The notes under the pieces are model-generated. The model was not told the origin of the DNA, did no database searches, and was given only the letters and a program-made list of their open reading frames with translations. A program made the position numbers and the translations under genes. A stretch of 64,000 bases of DNA from Felis catus (Eukaryota), in NCBI RefSeq assembly GCF_018350175.1, contig NC_058382.1, positions 50,718,001 to 50,782,000 on the forward strand. Reading direction: 5' to 3'. Shown piece after piece: positions 36,890 through 50,559 of this stretch. Numbering within the stretch: position 1 is the stretch's first letter; each line of letters opens with the position of its first letter.

Positions 36890-37725
36890 ACACACAGCAG
36901 ACATTGCCTTAACTTCCACCCACCGGTGTCCTGGAACAAACTGGATCCTCCGTTGTTTCTGTGCCACTCGTTGACTTGTGTCCACGGCACTCTTGCTTTT
37001 GCCTGCTTGGCTGAACTACATGCTCGCCAAGAATCAGTCACGTTCCTTTCAGAACTGCTTTTGCCACTTCAGTTGTTATTCTCATTACATGTTGTAATTA
37101 AAGACCAAAAAAATTTGCTGAAATCAAAGTTGAAGGTAGAAGTCAGTGGTTCAACTGAAACTAAATTAAAGGCTTTAGAAAGCTTCGGTAAAGAAAAGGA
37201 GCTTGAAAATAGCTGTCAAATTAGGTGTTGATGAGGTAACTGCAAAAGACGGGGAAAATATTTAGACAGATTCTGCCCTCAGAATGGTCCAAAAAAAGTC
37301 TTTCTGACTCAATTTGAAATAACCTAAAACTAGAATTTTAAAAAAATGTTTATTTGCTTTTGAGAGACAGAGTGAGCAAGAGGAGGGGAGGGGCAGAGAG
37401 AGAGAGGGAGACAGAGGATCTGAAGTGGGCTTTGTGCTGACAGCAGAGAGCCCTACATGGGGCTCGAACACACAGACTGTGAGATCATGACCTCAGTCAA
37501 AGTCAGATGCTTAACTGACTGAGTCACCCAGGCGCCCCTTACACTAGGATTTTTAAAAGCTACATTATGGATGTAGATTATGAGAAAATTACACAGGACA
37601 GTCATCGGACAACATTCATGGAAAGGACTCCTTTTCTGGCCAAACATTAGGAAAAATACACACCTATTTAGGAGTTTAATTTAAAAATGTTGTTATCATT
37701 GTCATGATTCAGCTTTTAGTTACCT
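36890..37725 (+). mobile_element. Tigger (pogo) element with degraded transposase N-terminus, Tigger13a-like
   Basis: Frameshifted ETKLKALESFGKEKEL / KIAVKLGVDEVTAKDGEN and ATLWM*IMRK resemble CENP-B/pogo HTH domains; split by a SINE; left boundary uncertain. Confidence 0.7.
37337..37538 (-). mobile_element. CanSINE inside Tigger
   Basis: Antisense body; TSD-like actag.atttt. Confidence 0.92.
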
Positions 37726-37774
37726 TTATTTTTTATTAACCTCTATAATTCACACATCATAAAAGTCACCTTTA

Positions 37775-37813
37775 TTTTTTTTTTTAGTTTATTTACTTAT
37801 TTGGGGGAGGAGG

Positions 37814-37865
<52 letters not shown>

Positions 37866-37986
37866 CCCAAGCAGGCCTCGCACTGTCACCAGAGAGCTTG
37901 ATGCAGGGCTCGAACTCACGAACCGTGAGATCATGAAGGGAGCTAAAATCAAGAGACACTTAACTGACTGAGCCACCCAGGTGCCT
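37775..37986 (-). mobile_element. CanSINE with long (GA)n
   Basis: TSD taaaagtcaccttta (37760 / 37988). Confidence 0.92.
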
Positions 37987-39817
37987 GTAAAAGTCACCTT
38001 TAAAGTATTGAATGCAGTGGTTTCCAGTATATTTATAAATCCATCAACCATTACTACTAATCCTAGAACATTTCCATCATTTGTATATTTTGGGCTTTTC
38101 ATATAGATGGAATCATACATATGTAGCCTTTTGTGGTTGGCTTCTTTCACTTGGCATAGTATTTTCAAGGTTCATCCATGTTGTCATATGAATCCTTTTT
38201 ATGAGTGAATGGTGATTCATTTTATGGATATGCCAAATTTTGTTGGTCTAGTTATCAGGAAGTGGGCATTTGAGATTTTCCACTTTTTTGGCTGTTACAA
38301 ACAATGCTGCTGTGAACTTTTGTGTACCATTTTTTGCATGGCATATATTTTCAATTCTCTTGGGTGTATACCTACAAATAGAATTGCTGAGTCCTATGGT
38401 AACTATATTTCACTTTCTAAAGAAATACCAAACTCTTTTCCAAAGAAGAACTACACCACCTTATATTCTCACCAGCAATGTATCAAAATTCTAATTTTTC
38501 CACATTTTTGCCAACCTTTGTTTTTTCTTTTTATTATAACAGCCATTTTAAACTAGTACGTTATTGTGGTTTTAATTTGCATTTCACTAATGACTAATGG
38601 ATTTTAAGGATCTTTCCATGTGTTAATTGGCCATATATATGTCTTCTTTGGTGAAATTTCTATTGAAATCCTTCACCTGTTTTTTTTTTATTCCATTTTT
38701 TAGGTTGCCTTTCCTTTTTTGATAGTGTCCTTTAAGTGACAAAAAATATTAATGTTGAATTCCAATTCATTGGTTGTTTGTGCTTTTGCTGTCATATCTA
38801 AGGAAATCACTGCTGAATCTGAGGTTACCAGTGTTTACAACTGTGTGTTCTTCTAATTGTTTACAGTTTTTGTACTTAGATTCAGGTTTTTGTGTGTGTG
38901 ATTTTTGAGTTCTGTGTACGGTGTGAGGTAGAGACCAAAACTCATTTTTTGAACATGATATCCACTTGTGCCAGTAGCCATCTGTTGAAAGACTCTTCTT
39001 TCCCAATTTAAGCATCTTGACATTCTTGTTGAAATGTATGAGTTTACCCAGGACTCTCAATTCTACTCCATTGACCATATCTTTCCATATGCCAGGATTG
39101 CCAGAGTCTTGATTACTGGAGCTTCACAGTAAGTATTGAAATTGGCAAGTGTGAGCGCTCCAACTTTGTTCTTAGTTTTGAGATTATTTTGGCAATGGTG
39201 GGTCCTTTGCATTTCCATTTAAATTTTAGGATTACCTTAGTTCACACAAACGGCAATTGGGTTTTTCGGTAGCGATGGTGCCACATAGATTATATGGGAA
39301 ATGTTGCCATCATCACACTATTAAGTCTTCAATCCATGGGATGTCTTGACATTTATTTACATATTCTTCAATTTCTTTCAACAGTGTTTTGTACTTTCCA
39401 GTGTATACGTCTTGCACTTTTTAGTTATATGCATTTGTAAGTATGTTATTCTTTGCTCTTGAAAATGGAATTGATTTCTTAAATTCATGTTCAGATTATT
39501 TATTGCCAGCCTATAGAAATACAAGTGATTTTTTATATATGGACCTTGTAACCTTCAAACATACTGAACTCATTCGTTATCTCTGTTGTTAAAATGGATT
39601 TCTTAGAAATTTCTATACATAACATCCTATCATCTGCAAATAGTTTCATTCTTCCTTTCCAGTGTGATGCCCTTTTTTTCTTTTTCTTGTCTAATCATCC
39701 TAGCTAATCCTGTAATACAATGTTGAATACAAGTAGTTGAGAGCAGACATTCTTGTCTTTCTCCTAATTGTAGGGGAAAAACTTTCAGCATTCATTATTA
39801 AGAATGATTTTAGCTTT

Positions 39818-40041
39818 GGGGCGCCTGGGTGGCGCAGTCGGTTAAGCGTCCGACTTCAGCCAGGTCACGATCTCGCGGTCCGTGAGTTCGAGCCCCGCGT
39901 CGGGCTCTGGGCTGATGGCTCAGAGCCTGGAGCCTGTTTCCGATTCTGTGTCTCCCTCTCTCTCTGCCCCTCCCCCGTTCATGCTTTGTCTCTCTCTGTC
40001 CCAAAAAAAATAAATAAACGTTGAAAAAAAAATTAAAAAAA
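39818..40041 (+). mobile_element. Very young felid SINE (SINEC_Fc-type) inside L1
   Basis: CpGs largely intact; TSD aatgattttagcttt (39803 / 40042). Confidence 0.95.
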
Positions 40042-40144
40042 AATGATTTTAGCTTTGAGCTTTTTAATAGATGTCCTTTATCAGGTCCCTTTCTGTTGCA
40101 AGCTTGTGATTTTTTTTTTCTTAATCATGAAAAGGTTGGAGTTT

Positions 40145-41050
40145 GTACCTTAAACCATTTCCTTACTCTTTATTTCTTCATTTGGATTCAAATTACTCTC
40201 TAGCCTTGTTTTCACTTCAGCCTGAAGGAACCCTTTTTGTATTTCTGGTTAAGAAGATCGGCTCATGACTTATATAGTTATCCCTGCCTATTTAAAATAA
40301 ATTCATCTGTTGAAGAACTCAGGACAACTGTAAGAATTTCTATAGAATGGACCTTATTTTTTAATCTACTCCTGGTTCCACATGTTCTGTCATTTGTAGT
40401 TCTTTGAATACTTAGTGCAGGATCAGGCTTCATCAGACCCAAGTTCCATTCCTCTAGAAAGACTCTCGAGGTGGTGTTGTGTTCTTTATCCAGGAGATAC
40501 ATGACATTTATGCATTTCAATCTTGGTTATTTTAGCCGTCGTTGATGCTCAATGATTAAATTCTTTAATTAGGCAGTGCATCTGGGTGGCTCAGTTGGTT
40601 AAGCATCTGGCTCTTGATTTCAACTAAGGTCATGATCTCATGACTCACTGGTTCAAGCCCTGTGTCTGGCTCTGTGCTGGTGGCCCAGAGCCTGCTTCAG
40701 ATTCTCTCCCTCCCTCTCTGTGTCTCTCCCTCCCCTGCTCCCTCACTAGCATGCACTCTCTCTCTCTCTCGAAAATAAACAAAAGCATTTAAAAAATAAT
40801 AAGCTAATTTTGCAAATGGTGGCGTTTTAATTGTTGCTTCTTTTAAAAATTAATTTGTTGGGATATTGTTATAAAGAGACACTTCCCGTGATTTACTCTT
40901 TGATTACCAGCAGTACAGTTCATACAGATAAAGTAGAATAAATGCTTGCTTCTTTCCCTTTACTTAGCACTTTTCAAGAAAATAACTTGTTTTCTTACCA
41001 TCCTCCAAAGATAACCAGTTAGTTTTTGTTTGGTGTTTTATTTTTGTTTA
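40145..41050 (-). mobile_element. L1MC-like 3'UTR fragment
   Basis: cttcagcctgaaggaaccc; gtgttgtgttctt; tttccctttacttagcacttttcaa. Confidence 0.5.
40575..40800 (+). mobile_element. CanSINE
   Basis: ctgggtggctcagttggttaagc head, CT tract, A tail. Confidence 0.88.
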
Positions 41051-41410
41051 TTTGATGATTTGTCGCTGTTATTTTTTTATTCCACACTCTTTCAGGGACT
41101 AGAGATGTAAAGTTGAACACAAAGTATCTGCTTTAAAAACCCTCCCAGTTTACTTCCAGATTAATCCACATTAAAAAGCTACTTAGATAAAGCATATACA
41201 AACAATGCAGTATTTTCTTTGTATGAAAATTTCTATCTTACTCCTCTCTGGGACCTAAAAGCACTGAACAATTCCAATAATCAACAGCATTTCTATGTAC
41301 TAGAAATGAATGGGGTTTAGAACTAGAGGAAGAACAGAGAGTAAGCACACAAAAAAAATCTTATCTGTAAAGACATAAGATGCAAATGTTTTAAAGGTTT
41401 TGAAAGAGTA

Positions 41411-41631
41411 GGGGCGCCTGGGTGGCTCAGTCGGTTGAGCGTCCAACTTTGCCTCAGGTCATGATTTCGCAGTTCGTGAGTTCGAGCCCCGCATTGGGCT
41501 CTGTGCTGACAGTTCAGAGCCTGGAGCCTGTTTCAGATTCTGTGTCTCCCTCTCTCTCTGACCCTCCCCTGTTCATGCTCTGTCTATCTCTGTCTCAAAA
41601 ATAAATAAACTTTAAAAAAATAAAAAAAAAA
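41411..41631 (+). mobile_element. CanSINE
   Basis: Canonical body; TSD gaaagagta. Confidence 0.93.
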
Positions 41632-42010
41632 GAAAGAGTAGAATGTGGCATAATGCTTAAACTTCATAAAGAATACCTCATCGAAACAGAATTGTGATTT
41701 GGAAGAAGCAATTTTTAAATTGGGGCTGGAAGAATGAGTAGAAGCCAGGCGAGCCGAGATGAGGGAACAAAATCCAGGCCCAGAAAGCAACATAAGTGGG
41801 AAGAACCGAGGCATGAAATAACTTGGCATAACTGGGGAAAAGACAGGAGGCTTTACCTCAGAATGCCAATTAATTTAACCTGGGAAACACCAGGTACAAG
41901 TTGAAATGCAATAGTAACATTCTTTCCTTCCAGTTTACAAAGCACGTTTTTCTGTATACAAACATACGATGGATAATAAGAGAAAAGAAAATATGACATT
42001 AACAAATTCT

Positions 42011-42192
42011 TTTTTTTTAAGTTTATGTATTTAGAGAGAACAAAAGCTTGCACCAGTGAGTGGGCATGAGTCAGGGAGGGGCAGAGAGAGAGAATCCCAA
42101 GCACTGGTAGCCCAGAGCTCATGTGGGGAACCTTGAGATCATGAACTGAGCTGAAGTCAGATGCTTCACTGACTGAGCCACCCAGGTGCCCC
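42011..42192 (-). mobile_element. CanSINE
   Basis: Antisense body; TSD aacaaattct. Confidence 0.9.
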
Positions 42193-42464
42193 AACAAATT
42201 CTCAATATAATACTTTTTGGTGAAACTGCTTCATCTGACGTTAGATTAATAGCAAATTTCCAATCCTCTAAGCACAAAGATACACTTGCTAGCCAATTAG
42301 AAAGTTGAAGCTTTCTCTCAGATTTTTCTCAAATATTACCAACAACTGATAGTTATGAACTAGTTCATGCATTAAAGACAGGGCATCTTCTTGGTCTTCC
42401 CAGGATGGAAAGAAGTGTTATTTTTTGTATCCAATCTCTCTGATATATCATCTATTCTTTCCAA

Positions 42465-44760
42465 CCATGTATTTTTTTTTTATAGTCAATGAGTTTTGAC
42501 AAATATATACACCCATATAATAATCAGGGTAAAAATACAGGGCATTTTTATAAAAATACAGAACATTTTTATCACCCCAAAATGTTCTTTTATATTCTTT
42601 AAAAGTCATCCCCCTCAACTCCTAGCCCCATAAAGCACTGACCTTCCTGTTGTTACTGTAAGTTAACTTACATTATTCTGCATTTTTATCAACAGAATCG
42701 TAAAATGTGAACTGTGTGTGCACCTTTTACCCAACATAATACTTTTGAGATTGATCTATGTTATTCTGTGGATCAGTAGCCCATTCCTTTTTATTACTAA
42801 ATAGTATTCTGCTGCATAGATATACCATAATTTGTTCATCCACATACCAGAGGAAGGGCTTTGGGAGTATTTCCAGTTTTGGTCTAACATGAACAATTAT
42901 GTAGGAGACTTTGTATGGACATATGTCTTCATTTTTATTGGGTAACTCCCTAGATGTAAAACTGCTTAGGTACATAGTTAAGTGTATGTAGAAGGAACTG
43001 TCAAACTGTTTTCCAGATAAGTTATCTGATTTTATACCCCAAGAAAAAATATACAAGATTTCTAGTTTCCCCACACACTTGCAAGCACTATTGACATCTT
43101 TCTAAATGTCAGGTTTCTTAGAGACCTTATATTAATGTGAATTTTCTTGACGACTAATGATATACTTTTTCATGTGTTCATCACTCATTTCTAACTCTTT
43201 TGTGAATGATTTGTTCAAATATTTTGTACATTTTAAATTGTTTGCTTTGTTATAGAGTTATTAGGGTTATTTATATATTTTTGATGCAAGCCTAATTATA
43301 CAATATTTTTTTTTGTCTTATTGAAGACTTAAAATTTTGGTGAAATCTAAGTATTAGGATTCATTTGTCTGTTCGTCTTTCAAATATATTTTTAATGATG
43401 TGTACTTGCTGTTGTTCTCTATAAAAATTCATTGAGCTCATGAATGCTGTGAAGGTATATTCTATTTTCTTCTAGAAGTTTCATAATTTTACCTTGTAAA
43501 TATTGAACTATATCATATCCATTTTAACTTCGTGTCAAGGAACAAAGTTCTTTTTTTATGTGGATATCCAATTGTTCTAATGCTTGTTGAAAAAATTTTC
43601 TCCCCCCTTGACTTCTCTTGGCAACTTTGTGGGAAATCAATTCTTATTATACACATAAGTCTGTTTCTAGACACTCTATTTTCTTCCATTCATCTACTTT
43701 TCTATCTTTGTATCAGCACCATACCATCTTAATTAGTGTAGTCTTATGGTAAGTCTTGAAATTAGAGTTCTCCCTCTTTGTTCTTATTTTTTTAGAAGTG
43801 ATTTTGCCTTTTGAGTTTTTTTGAATATCCATATAAATTTTAGCATTTGCTCAATTTCTACTAAAAAGCCTATTGGGTGTTTGCATGGGTCTGCATTAAA
43901 TGTGACTATCAGTTTACAGAGAACTGAGTTCTTAACAGTAGTGAGCCTCTGACTCACAAGAACATTGTATTTCTCCATTTACTGTAATTTCTCTATGCAG
44001 AATTCCTTTTCTAGTTTTCAAAGTACAGATCTTTTATCAATTTTAATTTTTTTATAATAATTTTGTGTTTTCGGATGCTATAATAAACTGTATTCTTCTA
44101 ATTTAAATCTCAAATTCTTAGTTGCTTGTATATAGAAACACATGAGTCTACCTTGCCTGCTATCTCATTAAATTCACCTAATAGTTCTAGTGCATTTTAA
44201 ATGGCTTCCTTAGGATTTTCTCTACACACAATCATGTCTTTATTTCTATCTTGATTTCCAGTTATAAAAACCATAGCCTCTTTTGCCATGAAATTTGTAT
44301 TAGAATTTAAAAGTTTCTTGAGAAGCAGCAATTTGAATGTAGACAATAATCTGAGTTCCTTCTTTTTTTTTGCTCTGTGTTCTCTTTTTTCTTGCCTTAT
44401 TGCATTGGCTAAGATCACTGGTACAATAGTAAAGAGAAGTTGTAAAAGACAAATGTTTGCTTTATTCCTGACCCTAAGGAAAATGCATTTAGTCTTTCAC
44501 TGCTGAGTATGATGTTATATGCAGATTTTATTGCAGCCCTTTAGCAGCTAGAGGAAATTGTCTTTTATTACTAGTTGGCTGAGATTTTTATCATTGGTAT
44601 TAACAGAATATATGTTCCTAAGGAGGGGGGGAACTCTGTTGTTAAGACGTATTACAATTTTATATACTTCTAGATTCTTTTTTCTAAAAATCTGTTGAGG
44701 AATTTCATTTCTATGTACACGAGGGATGTTGGTCTTCAGCCTGATAGTGTTGTAAGTTTT
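42465..44760 (-). mobile_element. Old L1 (L1MC/ME-like) fragment
   Basis: gagttttgacaaatatatacaccca...; tggatatccaattgttc; ttcttgccttattgcattggctaag; ctgttgaggaatttcatttctatgt. Confidence 0.82.
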
Positions 44761-45554
44761 TCTTGGCTGTTTTGCTATGATATGGCATCATATAATGTGT
44801 TTATAGGTAGAGGAAAATACTAAACAAGAATGGTTGTGAGTAGACCAATTAGTGTTTAGTGTGTAGGATACATTGAATATGGAAAGTCACTGGGTGTGAG
44901 GAAGATAAAGCACAAAACTTATTTTAATAGTACACAAAAACAGGTTTCTTTGCTTGGAGAAACACTAAATAATGGTAGAAATAAAACGCACAGATAAATA
45001 TTGATTATAGATATTTAGGGAGATGTCTGTTTACTTGAACCAAGAATTGCAAATAATGCTGCAAATATCAATTGTAATTGTGGAATGAGTTCATCTGAAA
45101 GGCTTCTAAACAAGAGAATTTTGAGGATGAGCTCTGGAATACATAAGCTTTGCTATAGTCCTCTAATTATAATCCCAACTCCATCCTCTCCATGTGAAAG
45201 ATGAACATGACTTACCTGTGTTCAGGTTTTTTCCGGTCAGATTTATCATGCCTTACTTTCTAGTGACGAGACCCCAGACTCTTGCCGTGCAGATTTCATA
45301 AACTAAAAGTTAAGACCCGACTCCCTGAAAAATCCAGTTTCCCATCTGTTCAATAATACTTTGAGTTTTGTTGTTATTAAGTTATCTGGAAAAATGTTTC
45401 TGGATATTTCAGAAGTATCTTATGCTCAAATGAAGGACATTATCATAATTATATTAATTCAAAATATGACCAAGTTTTACCTCTACACCCATTATTCTCA
45501 AATTTTACTTCACATAGAGACTTTTCCAGTAGTCAGTCCTTCAAGAGTAACTCT

Positions 45555-45612
45555 GTATGTGTGTGTATGCACATGTGTGTATGTATGTGTGTGTGTGTGT
45601 GCGCACGTGTGT
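45555..45612. repeat. Imperfect (TG)n repeat
   Basis: Directly visible. Confidence 0.7.
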
Positions 45613-45668
45613 ATCAGACAGGAACTGTGGTCTCATCTGTAGACTGTCCTAATGCTATTTTAAAAGTT

Positions 45669-45792
45669 GGGGGCACCTGGGTGGCTCACTTAAGCGTCCA
45701 ATTTCAGCTCAGACTATGATCTTGTGTCTTGTGGTTTGTGAGTTCCAGCCCCACATCAAGTTCTCTGCTATAAGCAGATCCCTGCTTTGGAT

Positions 45793-45834
<42 letters not shown>

Positions 45835-45880
45835 CACCCTTCATTCACTCTCAAAAATAAATTAAAAAACATTAAAAAAA
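45669..45880 (+). mobile_element. CanSINE
   Basis: Canonical head, long (CT)n; TSD taaaagttg. Confidence 0.9.
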
Positions 45881-46524
45881 TAAAAGTTGATATTTAACAG
45901 ATTTTTCCTTAAAATAACATCTTACTTGATAACATTGTGTCTTGGGTTTTTCCTTTTATTTATTGAATTTCTTCCTTTAACTGGGAATCTCTATTAATAT
46001 TCTCACTACAAATGGGTTCCTTGATTTGATTCAGAAGCCCTAAATTCCCACCTGTAATTACAGCAGGTGCCCTTTTAAGACAGGTGGATGTGTACCTTTC
46101 TGCTTCTTTAAGTCTCTTAAAGTAACTCTGTATTTATTACATTCTTCTATAACTGATGTGATTATTATGAAAAAAAAATGTAAACATTGAAAATCTTCTT
46201 TTACATTCGCCATAATTCCACTGGTCAGAGGTAACAAACACGTGAGTTAAAATCAGTCATACATCAATTCATAATTTAGTTTAGCTCTCCATTATAATTT
46301 AACCTTGACATTACATTCATTTATAACTTTACCATGTCTTCCCCTCTGATGTTTCTGTCAATATTATTCCATAGTCTTCTGTTTTAATGAAGAAAATGAA
46401 GCTCTTCTGATTTACATTCAGTGAACTTAACCTGGTTTTCATGATTGGACACTTGTAAAATTTCCTTTTGTTTTTTTCCCCCTTGTGCCTTGAATAATTT
46501 TCAAATCTTGGCATTTCATCACCT

Positions 46525-46742
46525 TATTTTTTTTTATTAAAAATTTTTTTAGTGTTTATTTTTGAGAGAGCTAGAATATGAGTTGTGGAGGGGCAGACAG
46601 AGAGGGAAACACAGAATCCACAGGGGGCTCCAGGCTCTGAGTTGTCAGCACAGAGCCTGTTGCCAGGCTCGAACTCATGAACCATGAGATCATGACCTGA
46701 GCCAAAGTCAGACGCTTAACCGACTAAGCCACCCAGGTGCCC
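46525..46742 (-). mobile_element. CanSINE
   Basis: Antisense canonical body. Confidence 0.9.
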
Positions 46743-46802
46743 TGAATCCCTCTATTTTTTAAAACTCATTTTGCAAACTTTCTGAATTGTCAATCTCAGT
46801 GT

Positions 46803-46804
<2 letters not shown>

Positions 46805-46834
<30 letters not shown>
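46805..46834. repeat. (GT)n microsatellite
   Basis: Directly visible. Confidence 0.92.
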
Positions 46835-46837
<3 letters not shown>

Positions 46838-47729
46838 TCAATAAATATTATTAAATTCTAGCTTCATTATGTCTATTTTTCTACCTTAAAGAATGCCTAT
46901 TCTCAGCTGATTGCACAGGCACAGCCTTGATTACTGTTCATGGTCAAAGCATGCCGCCTGTTGTCTTGGTCATTGCTTACTCTGGATATAAAATCGAAGC
47001 TAGTTTCCTTCTAACTAGTTGCTAAATAGTTGGAATATCACCCTGGCTGGAATGTTTTTTCTCTCTCTCTCTCCCTCTTTTTCCCCTCTCTCTCTCTGTC
47101 TCTCTTTCCTCTCCTCCCTTCTCCTTTTTGAGAATATTTTGTAGAATGCTTAGGTGTAGTCTAAACAGTTCAACCTGTGGTCCAGTTTTGCGGTTTATAG
47201 TAAATATCACATGAAGATCTGGTAATGTTAGCTCGAACAGAGACCCCTTCTTTCCTTTGTTTTCTTTGCTTTCTGGACCAGTTTCCCCTGACATTTTCCT
47301 TTAGATGTAGACTTGATCGAGGTGTGAAATCAAGAAATTCCAGTGCTACAAAACAACTTTTACAGTCCCTGTGAAGTCCGATAATCTTGAGCACATTTAT
47401 CCTACTGAGAAAAATAATCCCAATTGGAGATGTCCCATTAAACTAGTGTCACCAAAATCTTGTCTGGATCTACTATTGCCCTGGCTGATACCTTTTACGG
47501 GTCTCATTTGCTGTGTTTCCTCTCAAAATCTCAATTTGCCAATTCTTGTGTATATCAAGGAAAAAGTGTTACCCCTAACTCCAATTACAAATAATACATT
47601 GCTCTACAGTTCCCTGATAATATTAGAGCATGGATCTCTCTCACACATCTGTCTGAAGTTTCTATAAACACTTGTTAAAGCCTTCCCATATTTTGAAATT
47701 CTCTCATTAGAGTTAAGAGACCTCTTTCA

Positions 47730-47952
47730 GGGGGTGCCTGGGTGGCTCACTCAGTTAAGCATCTGACTCTTGATTGCAGCTCAGGTCATGGTCTCACAGT
47801 TTGTTAGATCAAGCCCCTCATTGGGTTCCATGCTGACAGTGCAGAGCCTGTTTGGGATTCTCTCTCCCTCTCTCTCTGCCCCTCCCTCACTTGCTCATAC
47901 TCTCTCTCTCTTCCTCAAAATAAAGTAAATAAATAAACATCAAAATAAAAAA
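47730..47952 (+). mobile_element. CanSINE
   Basis: Canonical body; TSD-like agacctc.tt.ca. Confidence 0.92.
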
Positions 47953-48571
47953 GACCTCCTTCCAGTAGCTTCCTGGGGTTCTGGCCCTTAATGCAGAAGG
48001 TGTTGATCTGCTATTTATAACAGCCTCTCCTTCTGTTAGATTTCAGTTGTATACATGAGAACTTTTTTTTTGTTTTAGAAACTGTGGGACACCTCTCATG
48101 AAAGTGAGATTGAAGCCTGTGGTTTTCTAAGCAGGTCAATCCTTCCCTCCTTGCCTTCCTGAGAAAACCTACCTAGAAATCCTTTAGTTTTTAAATAATT
48201 TCATCAACTTTCTATTCCACCTAAGAAAATTTCCTATTATTTTAATACATTTTAATGAATGATCTCATGTCTTTTATTTGTTTAATAAAAAATTATCCAT
48301 CTTTTATATCGGAAACAGTTCCCTTCTGGGGAGAATTAGGTTTCTAAATCCAAGAGCTGCAGTCAGAGCATATGGGAGGCAACCTTGGGTCATGTCCCAG
48401 GAGGTGACTGCAGATAAACCACATGAATTCAAGGTTGGTTTTTTCACAGACCTATTTCATGGTTCTGATCACAGTTCAAATACTGCACATCAGGAATGGA
48501 TTTCAGGTGGCCTAATGAAGCTGTCTTCTAAGACCAAGTATTAGCAATGTCTAACTGACCTAGCTGGAGAA

Positions 48572-48600
48572 AACAACAACAACAACAACAACAACAACAA
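48572..48600. repeat. (AAC)n microsatellite
   Basis: Directly visible. Confidence 0.9.
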
Positions 48601-48996
48601 AAAAACATGGGAAGACCCACAAAAGTTTCAACCCTTGTGCAAAAACCAAACTCATGTTGTCAACTGGATTCACTGGCAAACTGTCCTATATAGTGTAAAG
48701 GTTTACCATAATTAACAAAAGACATGAGGCAGACATGATGCATATTCCACATCACCACGTAGGAAACCCTAGACTTGAGAGATATCCTCACTCCCTTTTT
48801 CCAAGTTAGGAAATATTGTGGTTTTATAGTGGTGAGAGCTGGCCATGTGTGGAACAAGTTAGCACAGGGAGTAGCCAAGTCTGGGGGTCTGCCCAGACTT
48901 GATCTTCTTGTAGCCTTATTCTCGCTATGTATGTACCTTCAATCTCCAGCCCAGCTGAGGCCCCTAGCTTATAGGGTTACTTAGAATCAGTCTAGA

Positions 48997-49289
48997 CAAG
49001 TATTGTTCAGAAAAATAAAATACATGCCATACATGTAACTTTAAATTTTTTGGAGGCACACTTTAGAAAGTTACAAGAAAAATGAAACGAACTAGTGTAT
49101 TTATCCAAATATATCCAAAATAATTCAGCATGTAATTCAAATGAATTAGCTATTTTACATTCTTTATCTGTGTTGTCTTTGAAATCCCATATGTATTTTA
49201 CACGTATGACACATCTTACTTGGATTAGCCACATTTCGAGTGCTTGATAGCCATACGTAACTTGCAGCTTATCTTATCGAACTGCACAG
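48997..49289 (-). mobile_element. MER33-like hAT-Charlie element
   Basis: tgtattttacacgtatgacacatcttacttggattagccacatttcgagtgcttgatagcca; reverse-complement similarity to the copy at 29700. Confidence 0.75.
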
Positions 49290-50559
49290 TCTTTGTGACA
49301 TTTTTCCACTAGCACCACTGTCTGTTAAATACATATGATTTCATTACTATTAAGATGCCCCCTGAGTAAGGGTAGATGCTCTTCTCCAGAGTTGCTGGCA
49401 AGACTGATGTTTGATGAGTCTAATAATACAGACTGTATTCTCAGATTGCTTTACCAAGTCTCTAGATGGATGGCCAGCCCTGTCCAGTCTCCTGAAGGAT
49501 AGCTCCCTCTAGTGTCTCTACTTGGATTAGCGAATTGTTTTCAGCGTAACATAAAGCTTCTCATGATGCCACGTCAGCATTTTTCCTTCTTCCACCAAGG
49601 ATATCCCATACGTAGAACACGTAAGAATGGATTTCCAAACAGCCTCATGACTTTCGGTTTGGGAAATCCAATCAGTAGACTTAGGGGAGGATTTGGGGGT
49701 TCAAGCAATCCAGCAGCCACCGCAGAGAGGACTTTGAAGGGTTTTCACCAAAGGCTTCAAATGCAGTGAAGAAATTTGTTCATAAATGCAGTGAACCGCT
49801 CTCGAACCCTGGCTAACGTGTATTTCTGAAGATACCATTTCCCTCTGTCAGTGAGCGCCATCGAGATGCTTCCTCAATTTGAATGTTTATCTGCCATCAG
49901 TCACCCAAGTCATGATGGGTGTTTCTGGTTTTGAGATTGTCTGAAGCTTTCCTGTAGTAGAAGCAATTCCTACCAATGCCCAACAGCAAGCTTACAATTA
50001 TGTTTCTAAATGGCTGCATTGAGCAGCTGCATCAGACCATTTTCAAGTCTAAAATCCTCGCCTTCTCCACTGAGTAGCTATATCGATTTCTGCCAAAGGC
50101 TCTGGTCTGTGTGTGTTCTAGTTGCTTACACTTCTGCAGTCATTTGTGCAATGGGGTCGTAAGGCTCAAGAGGCAATGCCTGATTGGCAGTCCTTTATAA
50201 ATCTTTTATTTGTTTGTTTCTGTCAGGGCACAATTCAATCTCCGATTTCTTTCTGGTGACTTTGTGAATAGGACTAACAATGTCCCCAAATGGGAGCTAT
50301 GATTTTGCCATAACTCAAATAGTTTCTCCGGTCTTGGGACTGTTTAGTGGCAGGGTCAAGATCAGATCATAAATTATTTCTCACACGATGAAGAAAGTTC
50401 TTTGTGGTTCTAGCTCTAGTTATTTTTCAAATGTTCAGAGACTAGGGTGAGTCTTGAATTTTAATGGAGTCTGTCTGCTATGCTCTCAATCTCTAAATTC
50501 CCCTGTGCTCCTTCCTCTGAGGAGGCAATTATATTTCACTAATGTTACCAACTTACTCT

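Larger units (their letters stand above)
37728..40140 (-). mobile_element. Old L1 (L1M) 3'UTR and ORF2 3' region, fragmented
   Basis: cttctttcacttggcatagtattttcaaggttcatccatgttgt; tttgcatttcactaatgactaatg; ctccaactttgttct; tcatctgcaaatag. Confidence 0.88.
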
